NCBI GenBank assembly: GCA_044070495.1
Contig: JBIPSI010000017.1
Span: forward strand, 1 to 64,000
Direction of reading: 5' to 3'
Origin: Spirulina sp.
GTDB taxonomy: Bacteria > Cyanobacteriota > Cyanobacteriia > Phormidesmidales > Phormidesmidaceae
DNA length: 64,000 nt
A program made the translations under genes and the position numbers. Below are positions 50,369 to 60,052 of the stretch, one piece after another (position 1 is the stretch's first letter; each line of letters starts with the position of its first letter). The notes under the pieces were generated by a model. That model saw only the letters and a list, made by a program, of their open reading frames with translations. It ran no database searches and was not told the origin of the DNA.

Positions 50369-50836
50369 TTAACTCACCTGTATCTTGACGGCTTTACGCT
50401 GCTCCGAATCAACTTTTGACAGGGTTAGATATAACATGCCGTTTTTATATTCGGCCTTTACTGAGTCAGTTTTTACATGGGCAGGTAGGTTGATTTGCCG
50501 TTCAAATTTACCGTACTTAAATTCTGAACGCACAATGCCCCCTTCCTCCGTTTTAGATTCCGATTGTCGTTCTCCCTTTACCAATACCGAGGTTTCAGTC
50601 ACTTGCACATCCAAGTCCTTAGCTTCCATTCCTGGCACCTCTAGATTGACCTGAATGGCGTTAGGAGTTTCTTTAATTTCGGCAGAGGGCACGAAATCTA
50701 GATCGTTCACGCTATCTTGACCATCATTCAAAAAACGAGAGAACAGGGAATTCATCTCCTGTTGCAGTCGTTCCATGCTGCGGAAGGGTTCCCAATGGGT
50801 GAGTTCAGCCATGGGTTCGCGTTGCATCATAGCCAT
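50369..50836 (-). CDS. hspA: Small heat-shock protein Hsp20
   Basis: WEPFR, LEVPGM, SEFKYGKFER.I.LP, AEYKNGML. Confidence 0.93.
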   Translation of the reverse strand: MAMMQREPMAELTHWEPFRSMERLQQEMNSLFSRFLNDGQDSVNDLDFVPSAEIKETPNAIQVNLEVPGMEAKDLDVQVTETSVLVKGERQSESKTEEGGIVRSEFKYGKFERQINLPAHVKTDSVKAEYKNGMLYLTLSKVDSEQRKAVKIQVS

Positions 50837-51119
50837 AGCAACATCTCCTGATTAATAGGATGATGGCCTGATAGTTAGACCCACCCGATGCCTAGGATTT
50901 TGTCAGCATCGCCATAGCCAGCTTATGGTCAGCCATTGTTGAATGCTGAGGCCAGTATGGTAGGGTAGACAACGCGATACGTTTCGATCTTCCATCGCCT
51001 AGCATTGTCTAGAACGTGCGGTGGGGCACTCATCCAGGCTTACATTCATTTATAAAACAGCCCCGTGAGGAAACCGTGAAGGCTATGGCTTGTCAGGCCG
51101 AGTTTACAAGCGTGGCTAA

Positions 51120-51250
51120 GAGGGCGTTTGAAAAGGGTTGCCTCAGGTGCGATTGGTCGCTAGATCGGTGCAAATCTACGGAATTTTTGACGCCTGAGGC
51201 TGACCTCATCGGTATAACTTGGGACAAGCTTCGGCTTTTCAAGCGTCCTC
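51120..51250. mobile_element. 131-bp MITE with IS5/IS1031-like TIRs and TAA target duplication
   Basis: TAA|GAGGGCGTTTGAAAAG ... CTTTTCAAGCGTCCTC|TAA (14/16 TIR match). Confidence 0.8.
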
Positions 51251-51365
51251 TAAGCACTTGCGTCGGCAACTTTTGGTGGTGCAAGCGTGATTCTGGTTGC
51301 CAGTAATAAAGGGTTTGACTTGGCTAACTGACACAACGCCGAAAAACATTGATTTCTCGTAGTAG

Positions 51366-51485
51366 CGCTGTTTATACACATCTTGTTTTCATGCCGTACG
51401 TCTTTGGAGATCCCCCTAAATCCCCCTTGTGAAGGGGGTCGTTGAATCCAGTTCCCTCTTTCACAAGGGGGGGGCAGGGGGGATC
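51366..51485. repeat. REP hairpin array with IS50-like terminal sequence (inverted relative of 21258-21410)
   Basis: CTGTTTATACACATCTTGTTTT..GAGATCCCCCTAAATCCCCCTT..AAGGGGG. Confidence 0.75.
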
Positions 51486-51578
51486 GACAAAAGTTTTGCG
51501 CTCCGCCGCTATCACAAAACTGGCCAGGGCTAGGTGGATGAGCGCTTGGGGATTGACCCCCAGCAGGGTGGAGGTGGC

Positions 51579-52538
51579 CTAGTTCGCGTCTTGGATGATG
51601 CCTTGGTTGTCGCTCACCAGATATCCCTCTGGGGTCAACTGACACAGGTCTCGATAGTAATCGCGCTCGGCGATCAAGAGCCTCTGGGCCGTTTGCAGAT
51701 CGGCTAGGCGCTGACGAATCTCCTCCTGCGACCGTTGCACGGCCTCTAAGGCTGCACATAACTGCTGATTCCTAGCGATGAGTTCAGCGATGGTGGGCGA
51801 CGGCTCATTCCCCTGGGAAGGCGCAGACGGTGGAGCCTCTGGGGGCGTCTCCGCTGGGGCATACTTGGGGTTGAGCCGATACCCCACCCGATGCACCGTT
51901 TCAATCAAATCCTTGGGGGCATTGGCTTCCGATAACTTGTGGCGCAGTTCTTTGATGTGGTAGCGCACCACCTCTTCCCCCGGCGCATCGATGGAGTCCC
52001 AGGCGTGGTCGAGGATAGCACGGGCGCTAAAGATCGTTTGTGGATGGCGCAACAGCAGTTCTAGGATGCTGTATTCCTTGGGCGTCAACGACAGCGGTTG
52101 GTCGTGGTAGGTCACCTGACGACGACTGGGATCCAGCGACAGCGCTCCCCAGGCGAGGATCGGTTGCGGATTGCCGCTACTCCGTCGCAGCAGTGCCTGC
52201 AATCGGGCCATCAGCGCCTCTGCATCAAAGGGCTTGATTACATAGTCATCGGCTCCGGCATTCAGCGCCTCTGCTTGGTAGTGCCCGTCTCTGCCCTGCC
52301 CCGTTAGGAGCAGAATCGGCATGTGTTGGTGTTCGGCTCGCAACTGCTGGCACAGACTCACCCCATCCATCCCTGGCAGCCCTCTATCCAAGACCAACAG
52401 GTCGTAGTCGTAGGCAGACACCATTTCCAGACCCGCTTCGGCATCGCTAGCAATGTCCACGGAGTACCGGTATCTACTCAGCAAATGATTCAGGGACTCG
52501 GCAACGGTCGGATCGTCTTCAACAATTAAGATTTTCAC
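51579..52538 (-). CDS. OmpR-type response regulator (REC-wHTH-coiled coil) with truncated PAS tail
   Basis: MKILIVEDD, LD..LPGMDG, GADDY.IKP, LTPKEY, IETVHRVGY; PAS-like sequence continues past the TAG. Confidence 0.88.
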   Translation of the reverse strand: MKILIVEDDPTVAESLNHLLSRYRYSVDIASDAEAGLEMVSAYDYDLLVLDRGLPGMDGVSLCQQLRAEHQHMPILLLTGQGRDGHYQAEALNAGADDYVIKPFDAEALMARLQALLRRSSGNPQPILAWGALSLDPSRRQVTYHDQPLSLTPKEYSILELLLRHPQTIFSARAILDHAWDSIDAPGEEVVRYHIKELRHKLSEANAPKDLIETVHRVGYRLNPKYAPAETPPEAPPSAPSQGNEPSPTIAELIARNQQLCAALEAVQRSQEEIRQRLADLQTAQRLLIAERDYYRDLCQLTPEGYLVSDNQGIIQDAN

Positions 52539-53047
52539 GACGCTTCCCCACGGCGAAACAGTCGATAATCTTATATTTTATAATTGTAGCATTTTTTACA
52601 ATAAAGCTTTTATTGGATAAGTCCTTTAATTCAAATTACTTATCTTTCTAACAATTCGACCTTAGGCTTGAGTAACCTTTTCTACTTAATAGGGTCATTG
52701 CAGGCACTTTATTGCATAGAACTGCGTCAATCCGCTGTCGAGGTCAGCACTCCATGAATTTTAAGAAAAGAAAAGACCAGGGTAGCCACGCCTCGAAAAT
52801 CACCGACTAAGGCGTTTAAAATTCTGCCGCAAATAAATGATCCACCCTTCACGATCACGATCAACCGTCCCTCACCCTATCCTCACAACGACGATCTAGG
52901 ATTAGGCGGGTATCGTTCAACGTCTTGGGCGCTAATCTACGGCGCTGTCGCTGCCTGTTTTGGGCTGGCGAGTTCTAGAATGACCAGCGGCCTGAGATTG
53001 GATATTGAGCCTGTGACGATAGAGAACCCTGGGGCAAAGCTCACTAG

Positions 53048-53177
53048 CTGGTTGACTGACAAAAGATCCTGCGCCGGACGCGGAAACCGCGCCCCTACAA
53101 GATTTGGATAATGTAGGGGTCAGGTCTCCTGACCCTTTGGCGGATCTGGGTTCTCGCAAGTTTTGTCAGTCAACCAG
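53048..53177. mobile_element. 130-bp MITE with perfect 17-bp TIRs and 9-bp TSD
   Basis: GCTCACTAG|CTGGTTGACTGACAAAA ... TTTTGTCAGTCAACCAG|GCTCACTAG; internal CCCCTACA..TGTAGGGG REP-like pair. Confidence 0.93.
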
Positions 53178-53360
53178 GCTCACTAGAGTATCGCCAAAAT
53201 CCAGGAACAGGGATGCATCATCATGGATCGCTTCATTGACCATACCGCTCTATCATCCGATGCTGATCCGATGGTTTATGTTTTCTTGGGCAAGGGTGTG
53301 GGCGTTTTAGCATTGTGTTAATAGGCTAAGCACATAATTTTTCACAAACGGCATTTTAGA

Positions 53361-53570
53361 ATGTTAGTTAATCAAGAGACTCGATTCATTAAATTTCTAG
53401 AAGAGGAAATTGCTTTGCCAAAGGAGGCGATTTCCCTAGCATTCCGGCGATCTGGAGGTGATATTGCCCTGCTACCCATTATTTTTTGGCAGTATGGAAT
53501 GGCCGACTTAACCGATCTCACGCTGATGTTCGACTGGCTAGAGTCGCGGTATCGATCTGAATTTACTTAG
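53361..53570 (+). CDS. DUF2949-family small protein
   Basis: FL.EE.AL....I..A.R....LPIIFWQYGM..L..L...FDWL pattern. Confidence 0.85.
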   Translation: MLVNQETRFIKFLEEEIALPKEAISLAFRRSGGDIALLPIIFWQYGMADLTDLTLMFDWLESRYRSEFT

Positions 53571-53682
53571 GGACTTGCCTGATTGCTTAACACACTCAAA
53601 CGGAGTAGCGCGTCCCGTCAAATTCGTAGGATGTATAACGCCAGGGCGAGCCTGCGTCAATGCGCAGCAATGCACCACCTAG

Positions 53683-53789
53683 AGCCTGGGTTTGGCAACC
53701 GCACCCCTACAGCATTTGGATAATATATGGGTTAGGTTCCCTGACCCTTGGACAGATCTTGGTTCTGGTAAGTTTTGTCAGTTAACCAG
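53683..53789. mobile_element. Partial, diverged copy of the 53048-53177 MITE (right part)
   Basis: AACCGCACCCCTACAGCATTTGGATAAT..CCTGACCCTT..AAGTTTTGTCAGTTAACCAG; a left-part copy lies at ~50273-50330. Confidence 0.75.
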
Positions 53790-53958
53790 CGGATTCGGTC
53801 TGGCTAAATGGAGAGCCGCTATAAAAAACTTTAGATTGTGTTACACACGTTACGCACACAAAATCCTCATGGCTTCAAAGATACAGTCAAGGCAATTCAT
53901 CTTTGGTCAAATCAACGATTCTAAATCCTTATTCAAGAAGTTTTTGGGAGGAATTAAG

Positions 53959-54237
53959 ATGAGGAACGTTTTCGATGCTGAATCCAGACAGCGGGAAATA
54001 AATAACAAGGCGATGAATCCTGATCAGTTTAATCAGGTGGTAACCGCCATTATTGAAGGTAAGTATTCCTGGGCCTGTGTATTGATTTTGCGCTTTGCAG
54101 GTTACAACCCCGCCCACTATATTCCCTACCGAACCTACAAACGGTTGATTAAAAGTAATCGCCTAGGTCAATCGGCCCCTGCCACCCCCATCCACGAACT
54201 CCAGCCATCGAAACCGCACTCCTTGTCGGTGTCTTGA
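53959..54237 (+). CDS. hetP: HetP-family protein
   Basis: MNPDQFNQVVTAIIEGKYSWACVLILRFAGYNPAHYIPYRTY.RL signature; GGAGG RBS upstream of ATG 53959. Confidence 0.88.
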   Translation: MRNVFDAESRQREINNKAMNPDQFNQVVTAIIEGKYSWACVLILRFAGYNPAHYIPYRTYKRLIKSNRLGQSAPATPIHELQPSKPHSLSVS

Positions 54238-54249
54238 GGTAGGTAGCGA

Positions 54250-54846
54250 TTAAAACCATCGGTGAAGGCTGGCCCCCGTAATCCCCGTGAACAGCCACAG
54301 CAGGGATCGCAGGCTATCGCGTAGTAGGCGTAGTGGCGATTCCTGTTGTTGGCCATCGGAACCCACCGCAACGGGGGTGATGGCAATGCCCCGGCTACCC
54401 AACACAATGGCCCCTATCGCCCGAGATCGAGCCATGTGGTAGTCGGAGGTGATGACGTAGACATGGTGAATGTGGCCCGCCGCAAAGGTCTGTACCGTGC
54501 AGGTGAAGTTGGTGACCGTATCGACGGCGCAGGAGTCGTAGTAAACCTGGGTGGAGGGCACGCCAGCCCGACGAAAAATAGCCTGGTTTAGGGCCAACCC
54601 CTCTGGATTACCCGACACCCAGAGGGGCAAGTTGGGGTGCGCTTGGGCAAAGTGGGCGGCAAAGTCTACCCGTTCTGTGCGGCCCTCTAGCACCAGGATG
54701 GCCTGGGGGTAGGGCGTTTGGTGATAGGCGATGGCTAGGCGCAGGGCAATGATGCTAAGCGTTAGGCCACACCATCCCACCAGCAAGGTCAGGGCGGTCG
54801 TCCATCGGTTTCTACATATCTGAGATCTGCCCATGGGGGTCTTCAC
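54250..54846 (-). CDS. YdcF/DUF218-family protein
   Basis: TM helix; AILVL.G, AVDTVTNF, ITSDYHM.R, RD..R. Confidence 0.85.
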   Translation of the reverse strand: MKTPMGRSQICRNRWTTALTLLVGWCGLTLSIIALRLAIAYHQTPYPQAILVLEGRTERVDFAAHFAQAHPNLPLWVSGNPEGLALNQAIFRRAGVPSTQVYYDSCAVDTVTNFTCTVQTFAAGHIHHVYVITSDYHMARSRAIGAIVLGSRGIAITPVAVGSDGQQQESPLRLLRDSLRSLLWLFTGITGASLHRWF

Positions 54847-55582
54847 GGAGATGGTTGAGATAGGTGGCTAGGTGATGGGTGAGCCAGTCCTGAAATAGGT
54901 AATCGATCCTCTGATCGAGGGTCTCCGGGGTTTGTTCTGGCTCAACTAGTTCGTCTACCAAGAGCAGCATGGAATACCCACGGTCGGCGGGGCGGGGGCC
55001 AACCACTGCGCCCACGGCAATGTCGCGGAGGAGATCCGCCAGATCTAAGGGTAGTTGCCAGCGCTGCATTCGGCCTTCAAAGCCACACCGTAGCCGCCGA
55101 GTTTCGTCGATATCGTAAATGTGGGCGGCCTCAAAGAAGCTAATTTCCTCTTCTTCAATTTGATAGAATATCTCCCGCGCCAAACTTTCGTAAGGCACTA
55201 AAATTTTATATAAAGAAATTGTTTGGAAATCTCGATTATGAGTATTAAATTGCTCTTGAACTTGGGCCAAAAATAAATGGCGGGCAACCTTTTGAAAGAG
55301 CAGCTTCTCGGCAATACGTTGGCGAATATCATCGAGGGTAGCGAGCCGATCCGCCGCCCAGGGAATGAGTTGGGCCGGGCGATCTAGTTGATAGTCGTAG
55401 ACCAGAGCATCGAGTTCTTGCTGTACCTCGGTATCGGCTACAACCTGCCCGCTCTCCTCAGCGACTTGCTGAATGATTCTCTGGGCAATGATATCTCGAT
55501 AGATACTTTTTAATTTTAAGTCGCGCCGCAGAAAGCCCATGATCTCCTGCGGCAAAATTCCTATGTTTAGGGTGTTGGCCAT
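54812..55582 (-). CDS. Parvulin-like peptidyl-prolyl isomerase of the type found beside cyanobacterial C39/HlyB exporters
   Basis: LAREIFYQIEEEEISFFEAAHIYDID..RR..CGFEG motif. Confidence 0.8.
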   Translation of the reverse strand: MANTLNIGILPQEIMGFLRRDLKLKSIYRDIIAQRIIQQVAEESGQVVADTEVQQELDALVYDYQLDRPAQLIPWAADRLATLDDIRQRIAEKLLFQKVARHLFLAQVQEQFNTHNRDFQTISLYKILVPYESLAREIFYQIEEEEISFFEAAHIYDIDETRRLRCGFEGRMQRWQLPLDLADLLRDIAVGAVVGPRPADRGYSMLLLVDELVEPEQTPETLDQRIDYLFQDWLTHHLATYLNHLREDPHGQISDM

Positions 55583-56145
55583 AGAGACGACGTGGTACCT
55601 ACCATTCTTAAAAGCGCTAACAAGCTGAATCACTGACAGGATTTTCCTAGATTTTGCCACTTTATCTCAGCTAGAGCCTCGTTTACCCCTAGCTGAGATG
55701 GACTGTGGCTAGGCGAGCTGGCGGCGGTTTTTTACACAGGGCATAATTCTGGATTCCTCAACTCGACCAGTGGATGGAAATTATGACTTCATCAAAAACC
55801 AGAGATTAGATTATAGGGATTAATTGTTGATCAGATTTAAAAATTTACTAAATAACATTGCCACTCCATTTTAATCGATCTAGGCTCCAGTTATGTGCAG
55901 ATTTTCTTTGCGCTCTGGGCAGCTTGGCTAGAAATCTAAATTAATCTTTCTGCTTGGCTTTATAAAGACTTCAGTTGGGGCGGTTTTTTCTTGAAAAATA
56001 AATGAAATGGTAACCCAAATAGGTCTTGCCGCTGTCGCGATGGCTTACAAGATAAACAGGTTATTAACGTAGTGACTCTGGTCGAAGGCTCCTGAGGGCT
56101 TGGCCAGGGGCCTTTGAGTACCCCATAGACAGGTCTAAAACGAGG

Positions 56146-56991
56146 GTGATCGCCGTGGATATTAAGGGTTTTTGGCAGAAAATACGACCATGCTCTCCAG
56201 CGGACATGGGGTTAGATAGTGAACGATGGATCGCCGGTGATCGGCTAGGGGAGAGCCATGACGCCTGCCTTACGGTCCATGGTTCATCGCGGATCCAAAC
56301 CTTCAAGACTGGGTTTGACATTTTCGACTACCAGGTTCCGCCCTGGGCCGAAACGTTGCCCACCGCTGAGGACTACTCCCCTAGCGCCTATTTTGTGGTG
56401 CGGGGGCGAGTCCGCATCCTGGGCCAGAGCCAGCGGCGGGCGCGGCCCTACTCGGCGGCTTTGCTCCATCCGGGCGATTTCTTTGGAGCCGATCACCTGT
56501 TCTATGCCGCCCCCCTGTCCTACCGGGCGGTGGCGGCCTCCTCCTGCCAGGTGCTGCAAATCCCCTGCTCGCATTTAGCCCTGTGGGCGGATCAATTCCC
56601 AGGGTTGGCGGCCCACTGGGGCCGCTGCATCGAGCAACGGGTGCAGCAGGTGTTTTTTAAGCGGTTTACCCCCTTGCAAACCCTGCCGACCCATGTGCTA
56701 AGCACTCAGCTTATCTCGCAGATCCAGGAGTTGCAGGTGGATTGTGGCACCCCGCTGGCGGCGGCGGTACACCCCTACCAAGGCTATTTCTGGCTGCGGT
56801 CGGGCCATCTGGTTGGGCCATCGGCTAGCCACCCATCCCCCGTCCTTGGCCAAGGGTGGAGCAGCGATCACTGCCCCTGGCCCGAGGGGGTGGCTCAAAC
56901 CCCGGTGCGGCTGTTGCACCTAGGGGCCTCCCGTGCGAGGGAAGCGGCTGATCTGCTCCCGGTTCTAAACCCGTTGAGCTTACGCTCCTAG
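56146..56991 (+). CDS. cNMP-binding-like domain protein resembling the N-terminal region of HlyB/HetC-type exporters, with no C39, TM or ABC part
   Basis: YFVVRGRVRIL, GDFFGAD, YRAVAAS, FFKRFT.L, FWLRSG; start uncertain. Confidence 0.55.
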   Translation: MIAVDIKGFWQKIRPCSPADMGLDSERWIAGDRLGESHDACLTVHGSSRIQTFKTGFDIFDYQVPPWAETLPTAEDYSPSAYFVVRGRVRILGQSQRRARPYSAALLHPGDFFGADHLFYAAPLSYRAVAASSCQVLQIPCSHLALWADQFPGLAAHWGRCIEQRVQQVFFKRFTPLQTLPTHVLSTQLISQIQELQVDCGTPLAAAVHPYQGYFWLRSGHLVGPSASHPSPVLGQGWSSDHCPWPEGVAQTPVRLLHLGASRAREAADLLPVLNPLSLRS

Positions 56992-58395
56992 GTGGGACTG
57001 GGCAACCCCAGCTAGGTGGTTGGCCCAGTGGTTGACGAGGTCGGCGGCGGGAGCCTCTACCATGATGCGCAGGACGGGTTCGGTGCCCGAAACCCGCACC
57101 AGAATGCGGCCTTGATGGCCAAGGTGGGCCTGGGCAGCCTCGATGGCGACCAGCAGCGGATCGCAATCCTGCCACGGTCGCTGGCGGGCGGAATGGGCCA
57201 GGGCAACATTGCACAGCCGCTGGGGGTAGGATCGAAAACTCTGGCTCACCAGGCTGGCGAGTCGATCCCGGTGCTGCACCAGCAGGGCCAGATGCAGGGC
57301 CGTGGCCAAGCCATCCCCACTGATGCCGAACCGGGGGCATAGAATATGGCCGGAGGGTTCGCCCCCAAGCCCCGCCCCCGCCGCCTCCATGGCCAGATGT
57401 ACCGCCTGATCCCCCACCATGGTGCGAATAAACTGCCCCCCCTGGCGTTTCCAGGCGGCTTCAAAGCTCAGGTTGGCCATGACCGTAGTGACCAGCAGGT
57501 GATGGGGGAGCTGCCCCTGGTGCCTGAGGTACTGTCCTAGCAGGTAGAGCATGTGGTCACCGTTCACCGCATTGCCCTGGTGATCCACGGCGATGACTCG
57601 GTCGGCATCGCCATCGAAGGCAAAGCCCAAATCGGCCTTGGCGGCCAGGACGGCCCGCTGGAGGGGCGGTAGATGGGTCGATCCACAGCGAACGTTGATG
57701 CAGTCCCCCCGGGGTTCGCCATGCAGACTAATCACCTCTGCCCCCAACCGTCGAAACAGGGCTGGGGCCAAAAACACCGCCGCCCCCCAGGCCAAATCTA
57801 AAACAATTTTTAGGCCCGTTAGGGGTCGAGCTTGGGGGTGAGGGGCGGTATTGACCAGATGATCGAGGTATTTGAATAGGAGTTCGGGGCGCTGAAGTCG
57901 CCGCCCTGGTAGGCGAGCCGGGGGGCTGAGGTGCCGATCTGCGCCCCGGCAGAGGGCTTGTTCAATGGCGGTCTGTTGGGCCTGGGAAAGCTTTTGGCCC
58001 GAAGCCCCAAAGAGCTTGAGGCCATTGTCTGTGGGCGGGTTGTGGCTGGCGGAAATCATCACCCCCCCGAGGGCCGGGGTGGTCTGCACCAAATGGGCCA
58101 CGGCGGGGGTCGGGCAGAGTCCCACATCCCACACATTGACACCAGCGGCGGTGATGCCCTGGGTGAGGGCCGCCGCCAGGGCCGGACTCGACAGCCGGGA
58201 GTCTTGGCCCAGGATCATAGGGCCACTGGATCCGTTGGTTTTGAGGATTTGTCCGGCCCAAAACCCCACCCGCTGGGCGAGGGCGGGGGTGAGCAGATCG
58301 GCAGCACTGCCCCGGATGCCATCGGTGCCAAATAGGGCGGGCGGGGGCGGGGGGAGCGTAGATCGGGTATGGGGGGCATAGCGCGGAAGAGGCAT
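56980..58395 (-). CDS. glmM: Phosphoglucosamine mutase
   Basis: FGTDGIRG, ISASHNP, FDGDADR, GGE.SGH, RVSGTEP.LRIMVE. Confidence 0.92.
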   Translation of the reverse strand: MPLPRYAPHTRSTLPPPPPALFGTDGIRGSAADLLTPALAQRVGFWAGQILKTNGSSGPMILGQDSRLSSPALAAALTQGITAAGVNVWDVGLCPTPAVAHLVQTTPALGGVMISASHNPPTDNGLKLFGASGQKLSQAQQTAIEQALCRGADRHLSPPARLPGRRLQRPELLFKYLDHLVNTAPHPQARPLTGLKIVLDLAWGAAVFLAPALFRRLGAEVISLHGEPRGDCINVRCGSTHLPPLQRAVLAAKADLGFAFDGDADRVIAVDHQGNAVNGDHMLYLLGQYLRHQGQLPHHLLVTTVMANLSFEAAWKRQGGQFIRTMVGDQAVHLAMEAAGAGLGGEPSGHILCPRFGISGDGLATALHLALLVQHRDRLASLVSQSFRSYPQRLCNVALAHSARQRPWQDCDPLLVAIEAAQAHLGHQGRILVRVSGTEPVLRIMVEAPAADLVNHWANHLAGVAQSHLGA

Positions 58396-58479
58396 CGTTC
58401 GGTATTCTGCAACGGCAGCAGGGCGAAAGGGGCAGGGGAAAAGGGGATAGAGCCAATGGAGCCAGCGTAGAGGGGACGA

Positions 58480-59760
58480 TCAGGGCAGGAACAGATCCAG
58501 GAAGGGAACGATCAGCCCCAGGGTGCCGAGGATGCCATTGGCCGCATCGGAGAATTGGGCATTGCCCGACGGTTGCACCACCAGCACGTCGTTGGGGTAG
58601 AGCACCGGGTTAGTCTCGTCATCAATGCCCTGGCTAAAATTCACCGGAATTTCCCGCTGGGAAACGGTGCCATCGGCATTCAGCCGCATGAGATCCACCG
58701 TGCCGGTTTGGGCACGGCTGTTGTCGAACCCCCCCGCCGCCATCAGGGCTTGGTTGAGGGGCGTATTGGGGGGAACTTCGATCACGCCGGGGGTCTTAAC
58801 CTCGCCAACCACGGTGACCCGAATGGTGGCGGGGGAAAAACTAGCTAAGGCAAGCTGGCGAGATTCGGCGGCATCGATGCGAGGGGCGGTGGGAACGAGG
58901 ATGGTGTCGCCGTCTCGCAGGGGAAGGTCTTGGCTCAAATTTCCGGCAACCAGCAGATCCCACAGATCGAGGTTCAGGGTTTGGGTACGGCCCTGACCCA
59001 TCGGACGCTGCACGGTAATTTGGCGCACATTGGCCAGGGGGCTAATGCCACCCGCCTGCTGCAAGGCCTGGGTGACCGTGGGCCAGCGCTGTTCGGCCTC
59101 ACCATCGACGCTGTTCGTAGAAGTAAAGGTCATCGGGTAGGCCCCAGGGCGGTTGACGGCCCCCGCCACACTCACCTGCACCGGGCGAGGGGTAACCAGG
59201 CTCACGGTGATAGTCGGCTGCCGCAGATGGCGACCGTAGGCCAAGGCTATCTGCTGGGCCGCCTGTTCCAGGGTTAGCCCCGCCACGGGCACATTGCCAA
59301 CCCAGGCTAGGCTGATGGATCCATCCACCAGTACCCGCTTCGGGCCGCTGTGCTCAGGCACATTAAAGATATCCAGGTTAATCAGATCCCCCGATCCGAG
59401 CAGGTAATCTTCGATCAGCCCAGCATCCAGTGACCTAGAAGGCATGACCCCAGGGTTCATGGCCCCAGAGTCCATCGTCCCAGAATCCATGGGTACAGAG
59501 TCCATGGGTACAGAGTCCGTTGACTCAAAGTTCATGGGTGCAGAGTCCATGGGTGCAGCGTCTAGGGACACAGACTCCAGGGGCAGAGCGTCCATGGCCT
59601 GAGCCATTGGGGGCTGTGCCTCGGCGGGTGTAGTCACCGGAGGATTGGCCCAGGCAGGCAAGGATCCTAGGGCCGTCAGCGCTATCGCCACGGTGCAGCC
59701 AGGGAGACAGCGCCATCGGGAAAGAACGGGGTTGTAAGCTTTCATAGAAACACTCACCAC
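58480..59760 (-). CDS. wza: Polysaccharide export protein (Wza/OPX, SLBB domains)
   Basis: YLLGSGD, DGSISL, GAVNRPG, QQAGG, LRDGD, GEVKTPG; N-terminal 15-bp repeats (SxPMD). Confidence 0.88.
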   Translation of the reverse strand: MVSVSMKAYNPVLSRWRCLPGCTVAIALTALGSLPAWANPPVTTPAEAQPPMAQAMDALPLESVSLDAAPMDSAPMNFESTDSVPMDSVPMDSGTMDSGAMNPGVMPSRSLDAGLIEDYLLGSGDLINLDIFNVPEHSGPKRVLVDGSISLAWVGNVPVAGLTLEQAAQQIALAYGRHLRQPTITVSLVTPRPVQVSVAGAVNRPGAYPMTFTSTNSVDGEAEQRWPTVTQALQQAGGISPLANVRQITVQRPMGQGRTQTLNLDLWDLLVAGNLSQDLPLRDGDTILVPTAPRIDAAESRQLALASFSPATIRVTVVGEVKTPGVIEVPPNTPLNQALMAAGGFDNSRAQTGTVDLMRLNADGTVSQREIPVNFSQGIDDETNPVLYPNDVLVVQPSGNAQFSDAANGILGTLGLIVPFLDLFLP

Positions 59761-59816
59761 AGCATGGATAACGACGGAATTGAGGACAAAACCTGGTGGC
59801 CTGAGACATCTCCCAA

Positions 59817-59901
59817 GTAGGTTGGGTGCAGCGAAGCGGAACCCAACACTTGCCGAGGATTTCGGGCTGGTTGGGTTCTGCTATCGCGCCACCCAACCTA
59901 C
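59817..59901. repeat. GTAG-family REP doublet (REPIN-like)
   Basis: GTAGGTTGGGTG..ACCCAAC ... GTTGGGT..CACCCAACCTAC. Confidence 0.8.
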
Positions 59902-60052
59902 GAGAGATCAATACTTTTCGGAATGGTGTCCGTTTTGCGGCCCCCTGGTATCGGTGGGCGAGGAGACCCCGCCCCTACGGGTTGTTGGTCATCCTGGAGT
60001 CTGGAGACATCGGATGCCCAGCGGCCACGACCAGGACAGCGGAGGCTTGGCC

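Noticed and set aside
53692..53958. N-terminal extension of HetP in the ORF track
   Set aside because: It runs through MITE-derived sequence; the RBS-supported ATG is at 53959.
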